From an uncultured Collinsella sp. (lineage in GTDB: Bacteria; Actinomycetota; Coriobacteriia; Coriobacteriales; Coriobacteriaceae): a DNA stretch of 62,441 bases. A model generated the notes under the pieces. The model saw nothing but the letters and a program-made list of their open reading frames with translations. It ran no database searches and was not told the origin of the DNA. Positions 21,131 through 30,266 of this stretch are shown here, piece by piece (the first letter of the stretch is position 1; the number at the start of each line of letters is the position of its first letter). The stretch spans positions 1 to 62,441 of the forward strand of contig CBCSNQ010000001.1 of NCBI GenBank assembly GCA_965141565.1, read 5' to 3'. The position numbers were made by a program, and so were the translations under genes.

Positions 21131-21931
21131 ATGAGCGCAAATCCGCTGCTTTCCATCGAAGGTCTGACCGCCTCCGTGGACGAGAAGACCATCCTCCACA
21201 ACGTCAACCTTAACGTCGCCGCCGGCGAGACCCACGTGCTGATGGGACCCAACGGCGCCGGCAAGTCCACCCTCGGCCACCTGGTCATGGGCGACCCCGT
21301 TTACACGGTCAACGACGGCCGCATCGTCTTTGACGGCCAGGACATCACCGAGCTCACCACCGACAAGCGCTCGCGCGCCGGCCTGTTCCTGAGCTTCCAG
21401 GCCCCGGTCGAGATCCCCGGCGTGCCGCTGTCAAGCTTTTTGCGCGCCAGCATCGCCGGCCGCCCTGGCCTGGAGATGAAGGGCAAGGAATTCCGCCGTC
21501 GCGTGAAGGAGCTCGCGGCCGAGCTCAACATGGATACCGCCTACCTCAACCGCGAGCTGGGCGTAGGTTTCTCGGGCGGCGAGAAAAAGAAGGTCGAGAT
21601 GCTCCAGCTCCTGCTGCTGCAGCCCAAGCTTGCCATCCTGGACGAAACCGACTCCGGCCTGGACGTCGACGCCCTGTCCACCGTCAGCCACGGCATGGAC
21701 GCGTATCGCAAGAGCTGCGACGGCTCCATGCTCATCATCACGCACAACACGCGCATTTTGGAGCACCTGGATGTCGACCGCGTCCACGTTATGGTCAAGG
21801 GCCACATCGTGCGCGAGGACGACGCCTCGCTCATCCCCTGGATCGACAAGAACGGCTTTGAGACCTTCGAGCGCGAGGCCGCCGAGCAGCGCGCCCAGGC
21901 CGAGTCTGCCGCTGCCGAGCAGCAGGCGTAA
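21131..21931 (+). CDS. sufC: Fe-S cluster assembly ATPase
   Basis: MGPNGAGKST, GFSGGEKKK and ILDETDSGLDVD motifs. Confidence 0.96.
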   Translation: MSANPLLSIEGLTASVDEKTILHNVNLNVAAGETHVLMGPNGAGKSTLGHLVMGDPVYTVNDGRIVFDGQDITELTTDKRSRAGLFLSFQAPVEIPGVPLSSFLRASIAGRPGLEMKGKEFRRRVKELAAELNMDTAYLNRELGVGFSGGEKKKVEMLQLLLLQPKLAILDETDSGLDVDALSTVSHGMDAYRKSCDGSMLIITHNTRILEHLDVDRVHVMVKGHIVREDDASLIPWIDKNGFETFEREAAEQRAQAESAAAEQQA

Positions 21932-21943
21932 AGGGGCGACGCA

Positions 21944-23356
21944 ATGACCAAGAACCGCACCGAGGTCGCGGACATCGACCGCAGCCTCTACGACTTCACC
22001 TATGGCGAGGAGGGATTCGAGCGCCTCGACGCCGGCATCACGCCCGACATCGTGCGCGAGATCAGCGCCAAAAAGGACGAGCCGCAGTGGATGCTCGACC
22101 TGCGCTTAAAGTCCCTCGAAATCTTCAACCGCTTCCCGGATCCGACGTGGGGCCCCTCCATCGAGGGCCTGGACATGGACAACATCGTCACCTACGTCAA
22201 GCCCAACACCGACCAAAAGCACGACTGGCAGTCGGTGCCCGACGACATCAAGAACACCTTTGAGCGCCTAGGCATCCCCGAGGCCGAGCGTAGCTACCTG
22301 GCGGGTGTCGGCGCGCAGTACGACTCCGAGCTCGTCTACCACAACATGCAGGACACCGCGTCCAAGATGGGCATCGTCTACTCCGGTATTGAGGAAGCCC
22401 TGCACGATCCGCAGTGGGAACCGCTCATCCACGAGAAGTTTATGACACTCATCCCGCCCACCGACCACAAGTTTGCGGCCCTGCACGGCGCCGTATGGTC
22501 CGGCGGCTCGTTTGTCTACGTGCCCAAGGGCACCAAGCTCGATTTCCCGCTGCAGAGCTACTTCCGCCTCAACGCCAAGGGTGCCGGCCAGTTTGAACAC
22601 ACGCTCATCATTGTCGAGGACGATGCCGACCTGCACTTTATCGAGGGCTGCTCCGCACCCAAGTACAACGTGGCCAACCTCCACGCCGGTGCTGTCGAGC
22701 TCTTTGTGGGCAAGCGTGCACACCTGCGCTACTCGACCATCGAGAACTGGTCCAAGAACATGTACAACCTCAACACCAAGCGTGCGCGCGTGGACGAGGA
22801 CGGCGACATCGAGTGGATCAGTGGCTCCTTCGGCAGCCATGTGGGTTATCTCTACCCCATGAGCGTGCTCAACGGCCGCGGCGCCCGCTCGAGCTTTACC
22901 GGCATCACCTTTGCCGGCGCCGGCCAGAACCTCGATACCGGCTGTAAGGTCGTACTCAACGCGCCCGAGACCTCGGCAACCGTCGAGACCAAGGGCATCT
23001 CCAAGAGCGGCGGCATCCAGACCTTCCGTAGCTCTATCGTGGCCACGCCCAAGGCCGAGGGCTCCAAGGCAACCGTGAGCTGCCAGTCGCTCATGCTCGA
23101 CGACCAGAGCCGCTCCGACACTATTCCGGCCATGGACATCCGCGCCAAGAACGTCGACATCGGCCACGAGGCCACCATCGGCCGCATCGGCGACGATAAG
23201 GTGTTCTACCTGATGAGCCGCGGTATCTCGGAGGAAGAGGCCCGTACCATGATCGTCAACGGCTTTGCCAACCCGGTCTCCAAGGAGCTGCCGCTGGAGT
23301 ACGCCGTCGAGATGAACAACCTGATCAAGCTCGAGATGGAAGGAGCGATCGGATAA
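21944..23356 (+). CDS. sufB: Fe-S cluster assembly protein SufB
   Basis: AVWSGGSFVYVPKG, GQFEHTLII, EGCSAP, HEATIG, YLMSRGISEEEA. Confidence 0.96.
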   Translation: MTKNRTEVADIDRSLYDFTYGEEGFERLDAGITPDIVREISAKKDEPQWMLDLRLKSLEIFNRFPDPTWGPSIEGLDMDNIVTYVKPNTDQKHDWQSVPDDIKNTFERLGIPEAERSYLAGVGAQYDSELVYHNMQDTASKMGIVYSGIEEALHDPQWEPLIHEKFMTLIPPTDHKFAALHGAVWSGGSFVYVPKGTKLDFPLQSYFRLNAKGAGQFEHTLIIVEDDADLHFIEGCSAPKYNVANLHAGAVELFVGKRAHLRYSTIENWSKNMYNLNTKRARVDEDGDIEWISGSFGSHVGYLYPMSVLNGRGARSSFTGITFAGAGQNLDTGCKVVLNAPETSATVETKGISKSGGIQTFRSSIVATPKAEGSKATVSCQSLMLDDQSRSDTIPAMDIRAKNVDIGHEATIGRIGDDKVFYLMSRGISEEEARTMIVNGFANPVSKELPLEYAVEMNNLIKLEMEGAIG

Positions 23357-24627
23357 TGAAACAGACCACCAACACCGCTGCTACCATCCTTGAGCAGGTT
23401 AATGCGATGCCGGCTGCCACTTGGGGTTGGCTCAAGATGAACCAGACCAAGCTCGAGCTCTCTGACGAGCTTGCCGCCGCTCCCACCGAGGCCGTTGAGG
23501 TCGAGGGCTTGGACGAGCAGTTTACCGGCGTGGCAGACGCGTTTGAAGCCGCCATGGACGCTATGGCCGAGCGTTTCCCCGAGCGCCGCGCCTCCGCCCC
23601 CGGCGATGCCGCCGACCGCGCCCGTATCACGCCCGAGACCGAGCTCGACGTGCCTGCGACCTCCGTCTACCAGGCCGGCGCCATCAAGCTCGAGGAGGAG
23701 CTCTCCCCTGCCGAGGCCTTCGAGACTGGCATGGGCGAGGCTGCCTACACCTACCTGGCCGACCACGCTACCAAGCGCATCGTCATCGATGTGCCCGCAT
23801 ACAAGCACGCCACGGTTACCGTGCGCGTGAGCGCTGTCGATGCCGCCGCGGCCATCGCCGCCATCGACGTCGTCGCCCGTCCCCAGTCGACGCTCGATCT
23901 ACATATTGCCCTAGACTCCCCCGTTACCGGCGAGGGTGTCGTGGGCTCCGTGCTACGCGTGTGCGCCCACGAGTACGCCACCGTCAACGTGACCTGCACG
24001 CAGACGCTCGACGATAGCTGGATCGCGCTCGACGACACCGGCCTGTTCCTGGACGAGAGCGCGCGCGTCAACGTGCAGCACACCGTCCTGGGTGCCGGCG
24101 CCAGCGCCACCGGCCTTGCCGGCGACCTGCTGGGCGATACCGCCAAGGTCACCATCGATACTGACTACCTTGGCGCCCGAGAGCAGGTGCGCGACTTTAA
24201 CTACGAGCTGCGCCACCGCGGTCGCAAGACCGAGTGCGAGATCGACGCCAACGGTGTGCTGACCGGCACGTCCAAGAAGGTCTACCGCGGCACCATCGAC
24301 CTCGTGCACGGCTGCAAGGGTGCAACCGGCACCGAGCGCGAGACGGTGCTTTTGGCCAACAAGGGCGTCGACAACAAGACCGTTCCCGTCATTCTCTGCG
24401 ACGAGGACGACGTCGCCGGCAACCACGGCGCCACCATCGGTCACGTCCGCGACGAGCAGCTGTTCTACCTCGCCTGCCGCGGCCTTGACCAAAACGCCGC
24501 CGAGGACTTGTTCATCCGCGCCAAGCTGGAGGACGCCGCGCTTTCCGCGACCGACAAGCGCACCCGCGCCGCCGTCGTCCGCCTGGGCAACAACCTGATC
24601 GACAACTTTGAAGAGGAGCTCGCATGA
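23356..24627 (+). CDS. sufD: Fe-S cluster assembly protein SufD
   Basis: PVILCDEDDVAGNHGATIGHV..EQLFYL..RGL; position in the operon. Confidence 0.9.
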   Translation: MKQTTNTAATILEQVNAMPAATWGWLKMNQTKLELSDELAAAPTEAVEVEGLDEQFTGVADAFEAAMDAMAERFPERRASAPGDAADRARITPETELDVPATSVYQAGAIKLEEELSPAEAFETGMGEAAYTYLADHATKRIVIDVPAYKHATVTVRVSAVDAAAAIAAIDVVARPQSTLDLHIALDSPVTGEGVVGSVLRVCAHEYATVNVTCTQTLDDSWIALDDTGLFLDESARVNVQHTVLGAGASATGLAGDLLGDTAKVTIDTDYLGAREQVRDFNYELRHRGRKTECEIDANGVLTGTSKKVYRGTIDLVHGCKGATGTERETVLLANKGVDNKTVPVILCDEDDVAGNHGATIGHVRDEQLFYLACRGLDQNAAEDLFIRAKLEDAALSATDKRTRAAVVRLGNNLIDNFEEELA

Positions 24628-25949
24628 TCGACACCGAGCACGTTAAATGCGACACCTGTACCGCCCCCGAGCCCATGGAGCTCGACGCCAGCGACGAGGC
24701 TTCGCGCGGCTGGCCTACCGTAGATATCGAGACCAACCCCTACAAGGGCCAGTTCCCGCTGTTTCAGCAGCACCCCGAGATCGCCTTCCTCGATAGCGCC
24801 GCCACCGCGCAGCGCCCTGCCTGTGTGCTCGACGCCGAGCGTGACTTCTACCAGTGTATGAACGCCAACCCCCTGCGCGGACTGTACTCGCTGTCCGTCG
24901 AGGCCACCGACGCCATCGCGAAGGTCCGCCAGCAGATCGCCGACCTCATCGGCGCTTCCCAGGCCAACGAGGTCGTCTTCACCCGCAACACGAGCGAGTC
25001 GCTCAACCTGGTCGCCAAGAGCTTTGCACCCACGGTGCTCGAGCCCGGTGACGAGGTCGTCATCACCATCATGGAGCACCACTCCAACCTAATCCCGTGG
25101 CAGCAGGTCTGCCGCGAAACCGGCGCCAAGCTCGTCTACCTCTACCCCACCAAGACCGGCCAGCTCACCACCGAGGAGGTTCTTGCCAAGGTTGGTCCCA
25201 AGACCAAGATTCTGGCCGTGGGTCAGGTCTCCAACGTGTTGGGAGTCGAGAACCCAGTCAAGAACCTCGGCAAGCTCGTGCACAAGTATGGCGGCTACCT
25301 GGTCGTCGACGGTGCGCAGTCGCTGCCGCACATGCCGGTCGATGTGGCCGACCTGGGCGCCGACTTCTTTGCCTTTAGCGCACACAAGGCTATGGGCCCC
25401 ATGGGCATCGGCGTGCTGTGGGGCAAGATGGACCTGCTCAACGCCATGCCGCCCATGCTCACCGGCGGCGAGATGATCGACTCTGTTACCGAGCAGGACG
25501 CCGTCTGGGCGCCCGTTCCCGAGAAATTCGAGGCCGGCACACAGGACGCCGCCGGCATCTTCGCCACAGGCGCAGCACTCGACTACCTGGTCAACACGGT
25601 GGGTTACGAGAACATCCAGGCACGCGAGCAGGCACTCGTCCACTACCTGATGGGCGAGCTCATGCAGCTCGACTTTGTCCAGATCATCGGCTCCATCTAT
25701 TGGGACAACCACCACGGCGTTGTGAGCTTTAACGTCCGCGGCATCCACCCGCACGACGTCGCGAGCATCATGGACATGGACGGCGTGTGCATCCGTGCCG
25801 GTCACCACTGCGCGCAGCCGCTGCTTACCTGGCTGGGCGTCGAGAACCTCGCCTGCTGCCGCGCCAGCGTGGCCTTCTACAACGACAAGGCCGACATCGA
25901 TAAGTTCATCGCCGGCCTGCATCACGTTTGGAGCACGTTCAATGGGTAA
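24624..25949 (+). CDS. sufS: cysteine desulfurase SufS
   Basis: FLDSAATAQRP, MEHHSNLIPWQ, FSAHKAMGPMG, IRAGHHCAQPL. Confidence 0.96.
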   Translation: MIDTEHVKCDTCTAPEPMELDASDEASRGWPTVDIETNPYKGQFPLFQQHPEIAFLDSAATAQRPACVLDAERDFYQCMNANPLRGLYSLSVEATDAIAKVRQQIADLIGASQANEVVFTRNTSESLNLVAKSFAPTVLEPGDEVVITIMEHHSNLIPWQQVCRETGAKLVYLYPTKTGQLTTEEVLAKVGPKTKILAVGQVSNVLGVENPVKNLGKLVHKYGGYLVVDGAQSLPHMPVDVADLGADFFAFSAHKAMGPMGIGVLWGKMDLLNAMPPMLTGGEMIDSVTEQDAVWAPVPEKFEAGTQDAAGIFATGAALDYLVNTVGYENIQAREQALVHYLMGELMQLDFVQIIGSIYWDNHHGVVSFNVRGIHPHDVASIMDMDGVCIRAGHHCAQPLLTWLGVENLACCRASVAFYNDKADIDKFIAGLHHVWSTFNG

Positions 25950-26376
25950 TCTGTACACCTCCACCACGTTTATGGAGCACAACTCGCACCCCGACTACAA
26001 GTACGAGATGGATGCCCCCACGCACGAGCACGACGGCATCAACCCCAGCTGCGGCGACGAGCTCACCTTGCAGCTGCGCGTCGAGAACAACGTGATCGAG
26101 GAGGCCTCCTTTACCGGCCACGGCTGCGCCATCAGCCAGGCCAGTGCCGACATCATGGCCGACCTCATCACGGGCGAGACGGTCGAGGAAGCTCGCCGCC
26201 TGGCAGAGCTCTTCCTCGCCATGATCCGTGGCGAGAAGCTCTCCGAGGAGGACCTGGAAGACCTGGACGAAGCCGCCCAGCTCCAGGACATCTCGCACAT
26301 GCCCGCCCGCGTCAAATGCGCCGAGCTCGCCTGGCGCACCCTCGACGGCATGCTCGAGGGGCAAACAAACCAGTAG
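25942..26376 (+). CDS. sufU: SUF system NifU-family protein SufU
   Basis: NPSCGD, GHGCAISQASA, ARVKCAELAW; ATG at 25942 overlaps the sufS stop. Confidence 0.93.
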   Translation: MGNLYTSTTFMEHNSHPDYKYEMDAPTHEHDGINPSCGDELTLQLRVENNVIEEASFTGHGCAISQASADIMADLITGETVEEARRLAELFLAMIRGEKLSEEDLEDLDEAAQLQDISHMPARVKCAELAWRTLDGMLEGQTNQ

Positions 26377-26408
26377 TTTATGCCCCGAATCCAAGGTTTT
26401 TGATTGCC

Positions 26409-26438
26409 GAGCCGCCCGATACGGGCGGCTCTGTTTTT
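26409..26438 (+). terminator. intrinsic terminator of the suf operon
   Basis: gagccgcccg-ata-cgggcggctc followed by tgttttt. Confidence 0.8.
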
Positions 26439-27036
26439 ACCTAATGAGCGCGAACGCACAAAGTCCGCGCGTCCGGCGCCCCGTCTGACATTTGCCACAC
26501 AGCCAGACGCGAGCACGGGCGTTTTCCACAGCACCAAAGGCCTGCGGCAGGGCCCCGGGCCCGCCAAGCAATGCGCCAAGCCCCGTTCTGCTGAGCTCCG
26601 ACTCGCTTCGCGCCCGCCGCAGACGGGTCCCATAGGGTGCGACGTGCATTTTTGCGAGTATTCAGCACGCCAAGCTGTATGTATACGCATCGAAAGCGTT
26701 AATCAACGTCTCCAGGCGCATATATATTGTGTTTTAGAACAAGCATCGCGGTCTCAGGGATCACATACATGCGCTTCGGAGGCGCATCGGAAGGCATAAA
26801 TAGCTTCGGGACCCGTATGTTGCAAGATTGCGGCAGTGCCGACAGCACCACGATGCTGAAAACTCCGTTTTTTGCACGGCGCAGACGGGGGTAGGCACGG
26901 GCAAACCCGGACTGAGCTGTTATTTTATGCAAGATGACGATTGTTCTATGCATATTAAGAAGTGCAGTTACCGTACCAAGCTTTTGAACGCTGGTTGCGG
27001 CGTATGGACGACCCCAACTGCGGTGAACAGGCGACC

Positions 27037-27849
27037 TTACATCACGTTTCCGCCAGCCCGCATCGCCGTTCGCGCGCGGGCGCGCACGATACGAGAGACG
27101 GTACTTTTGCCAATCCCGGTATACCGCTCAATCTGGCGCACCGTAAAACCGGCATCGTGCAATCCAAAAATAACGGTATCGCGCTGCGCCGGCGGTGCGG
27201 CTTTAACCCCGCGAAGCGGAACCCCGAGTTCCTTCGCCAACTTGTCGGCAAAGGCGTGGTGTTCCCACTCTGTCTCTTTCATATCGCACAGCGCCGGCTC
27301 GCTGCCGTCGGGCGTCGAAAGCGAATAGGCAATAAAGCCCTCGGCAGAACCAAAAAGTTCAAGCACGCAAGAAGGATCAGAAAATCCCCTCGCGGCATCG
27401 GCCGCATCACAGTCGTAAGAGCGTAGATGTTCCGCAAAGCTGCTCCAGGGATAACGCTCAATGAGACTGATGCCCACCTCCTGCGGATCGGCGTGTACGG
27501 AGCGAATAGCCTCCATCACCTGCCAATCGGTATCGAGCGAACGCCGGTCAAAACGGTTCTGGAACAGATGGCCTGTGCGCCCCGTGCGTTTATTGAACCG
27601 CCGCGCGTACGTCAAAAGCAACCGGTGCATCGCCGCGCTCATCCTGTCCTCGTAATCTGCAAGCACCAAATGCACGTGATTGCCCATAAGGCACCAAGCG
27701 ATAACCGTCACGCCCGCCCCCCGGCAGAAGTCGCGCATCAGCTCCAAAAACTCCCACCGGTCTTCATCGCTCTCAAAGATGAGCTGTTTGCCCACACCGC
27801 GAGCACAGACATGGTAAAAGCCAGTAACCGTTCTCCAAACGCGCTGCAT
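27037..27849 (-). mobile_element. REP-associated tyrosine transposase (RAYT/Y1 HUH)-like protein with C-terminal HTH; catalytic Tyr replaced by Ser
   Basis: YHVCARG..KQLIF, AWCLMGNHVHL, GHLFQNRF, YPWSS; expected RYIHxNP reads RSVHADP; HTH TVRQIERYTGIGKSTVSRI. Confidence 0.85.
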
Positions 27850-28252
27850 GGCGCTCCCTTCGCCGGGATCTGCTTACCATCCAATACAGCACGATTGAAG
27901 CGTGCCATCAAAACATTCACGCAAAACAATACGCTCGCGCAGCCAAAGGCAGCAAACAGGCGGCGAACGGCACCGTTGCAACAGGTCAACCACTGCAACG
28001 CTTGCAAGAGCGGACCAAAAGCTTGCCCAAGACGGACCCCCTCTACGGAAGTTCGCGACCACAGACCATAGAGTTAAACCGTTTCAATTAAAACTTCCGG
28101 ACTTCTCGCTACGAAAACTGAGCCGTTCGCCGAATATTCCGTGCATTTCGCGGTATTATAGGGGCTGCATGTCATGTCCCTTTCGAAGGGTCGCCCGGCA
28201 ATCGCCAGCCACGACCCCCAGACGGGACGCCAACACGATAGAGAGGAGAGGC

Positions 28253-28987
28253 ATGCAGTACTCACAGGAAGTGGAGAACATGTGCCCCGTTGCCAAGGGT
28301 GCATACCACGGCCCCGCACCCATCCCCGAGGAGGGCAAGTGGGTCCAGGCTAAGGAGATTTCCGACATCTCCGGTCTTACGCACGGTGTGGGTTGGTGCG
28401 CACCTCAGCAGGGCGCCTGCAAGCTCACGCTGAACGTCAAGGACGGCATCATCGAGGAGGCCCTCGTTGAGACCATCGGCTGCTCGGGTATGACCCACTC
28501 TGCCGCCATGGCTTCCGAGATCCTTCCCGGTAAGACCATCCTCGAGGCCCTCAACACCGACCTCGTCTGCGACGCCATCAACGTTGCTATGCGCGAGATC
28601 TTCCTGCAGATCGTTTACGGCCGCAGCCAGACCGCGTTCTCCGAGGGCGGCCTGCCCGTGGGCGCCTCCCTCGACGACCTCGGCAAGGGCCTTCGCTCTC
28701 AGGTCGGCACCATGTTCGGCACCAAGGCCAAGGGCGCTCGTTACCTCGAGCTCGCTCAGGGCTACGTCACCCGCATGGCTCTCAACGACAAGAACGAGAT
28801 CATCGCATTCGAGTTCCTGAACCTCGGCAAGTTCACCGACGCCGTCAAGGCCGGCAAGACCCCCGAGGAGGCCATCGCTGGCGCTATGGGCCACTATGGT
28901 CAGTGGGAGAACGCTGCCAAGTACATCGACCCGCGCACCGACGAGGAGACTCACTCCGTCGCCAGCGTGTTCCCGGTTCACGAGTAG
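28253..28987 (+). CDS. NifU/IscU-like protein (partner of GGGtGRT protein)
   Basis: MQYSQEVENMCPV...GWCAPQQGACKLTLNVKDGIIEEALVETIGCSGMTHSAAMA; GAGGAG RBS. Confidence 0.85.
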   Translation: MQYSQEVENMCPVAKGAYHGPAPIPEEGKWVQAKEISDISGLTHGVGWCAPQQGACKLTLNVKDGIIEEALVETIGCSGMTHSAAMASEILPGKTILEALNTDLVCDAINVAMREIFLQIVYGRSQTAFSEGGLPVGASLDDLGKGLRSQVGTMFGTKAKGARYLELAQGYVTRMALNDKNEIIAFEFLNLGKFTDAVKAGKTPEEAIAGAMGHYGQWENAAKYIDPRTDEETHSVASVFPVHE

Positions 28988-29005
28988 AAAGGGAGGGAAA
29001 TAACT

Positions 29006-30010
29006 ATGACTGTTACGTTCGAAGGTTACGAGCGCCGCGCTGACAAGATCAACAAGTGCCTCGCCGACAACGGCATCGCCTCCCTCGAGGAAGCTCTGCA
29101 GATCTGCACCGACAAGGGCTTCAACCCGCGTGAGATCGTCAACAACACCCAGTCCATCGCCTTCCAGAACGCCGAGTGGGCCTACACCCTCGGATGCGCT
29201 CTCGCTGTCAAGCGTGGCGCCAAGTCCGCTTCTGAGGCTGCCGCTATCATCGGCGAGGGCATCCAGGCCTTCACCGTTCCCGGCTCCGTCGCCGAGGACC
29301 GCAAGGTCGGTCTGGGCCACGGCAACCTGGGCGCTATGCTACTCTCCGACGACACCGAGTGCTTCGCCTTCCTGGCCGGTCACGAGTCCTTCGCTGCCGC
29401 TGAGGGTGCTATCGGCCTGGCTCTGAACGCCAACAAGGCTCGCAAGAAGCCGCTGCGCGTCATCCTCAACGGTCTGGGCAAGGACGCTGCTCAGATCATC
29501 GCCCGCATCAACGGCTTCACCTACGTGAAGACCCAGTTCGACTACTTCACGGGCGAGCTCAAGGTCGTCGAGACCATCCCCTACTCCGATGGTCCCCGCG
29601 CCGCCGTCAACTGCTACGGCGCCGACGACGTCCGCGAGGGCGTTGCCATCATGTGGCACGAGAACGTCGACATCTCGATCACCGGTAACTCCACCAACCC
29701 CACGCGCTTCCAGCACCCCGTCGCTGGCACCTACAAGAAGGAGCGCCTCGAGGCTGGCAAGAAGTACTTCTCTGTCGCTTCTGGTGGCGGCACTGGCCGT
29801 ACCCTGCACCCGGACAACATGGGCGCCGGCCCTGCCTCTTACGGCATGACCGACACCATGGGCCGCATGCACTCCGACGCCCAGTTCGCCGGTTCTTCCT
29901 CCGTGCCTGCGCACGTCGACATGATGGGTCTCATCGGCATGGGCAACAACCCCATGGTCGGTGCCACCGTCGCCTGCGCTGTCGCCGTCGAGGAGGCCCT
30001 CAAGGCCTAA
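29006..30010 (+). CDS. GGGtGRT protein (function unknown)
   Basis: SVASGGGTGRTLHPDNM signature; FLAGHESFAAAEGAI. Confidence 0.92.
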   Translation: MTVTFEGYERRADKINKCLADNGIASLEEALQICTDKGFNPREIVNNTQSIAFQNAEWAYTLGCALAVKRGAKSASEAAAIIGEGIQAFTVPGSVAEDRKVGLGHGNLGAMLLSDDTECFAFLAGHESFAAAEGAIGLALNANKARKKPLRVILNGLGKDAAQIIARINGFTYVKTQFDYFTGELKVVETIPYSDGPRAAVNCYGADDVREGVAIMWHENVDISITGNSTNPTRFQHPVAGTYKKERLEAGKKYFSVASGGGTGRTLHPDNMGAGPASYGMTDTMGRMHSDAQFAGSSSVPAHVDMMGLIGMGNNPMVGATVACAVAVEEALKA

Positions 30011-30046
30011 TCGCGCCCGCGCGATGCTCATATAGCTGAGCTTTGG

Positions 30047-30078
30047 AGCCGCTACCCACCCGGGTAGCGGCTCTTTTT
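30047..30078 (+). terminator. intrinsic terminator
   Basis: gagccgctaccc...gggtagcggctc followed by ttttt. Confidence 0.85.
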
Positions 30079-30266
30079 GTTTGCGCTGTCGCAGGGTAGC
30101 TAATGCCGATATATCAGTTGGGGCGAAATACTAGATGTGATGAGATGGAGCGTCAGAGCGTCCATGACGCCCACCTGCCATATTTGCCCTTTACCGATTT
30201 GCCGGGTCTTTGCGGCCCCATTGCCGATCACCCGTGCGACAATGCGCCGGACGAGAAAGGAATCCG

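Noticed and set aside
27902..28252. N-terminal extension of the 361-aa ORF
   Set aside because: The recognisable protein begins at ATG 28253 with a strong RBS; the upstream part is likely promoter DNA.
30100..30266. Possible riboswitch (ZTP or NAD type) upstream of the flavoprotein gene
   Set aside because: Only short stems such as gcgtca/tgacgc; I could not match a consensus. It would need an Rfam scan.
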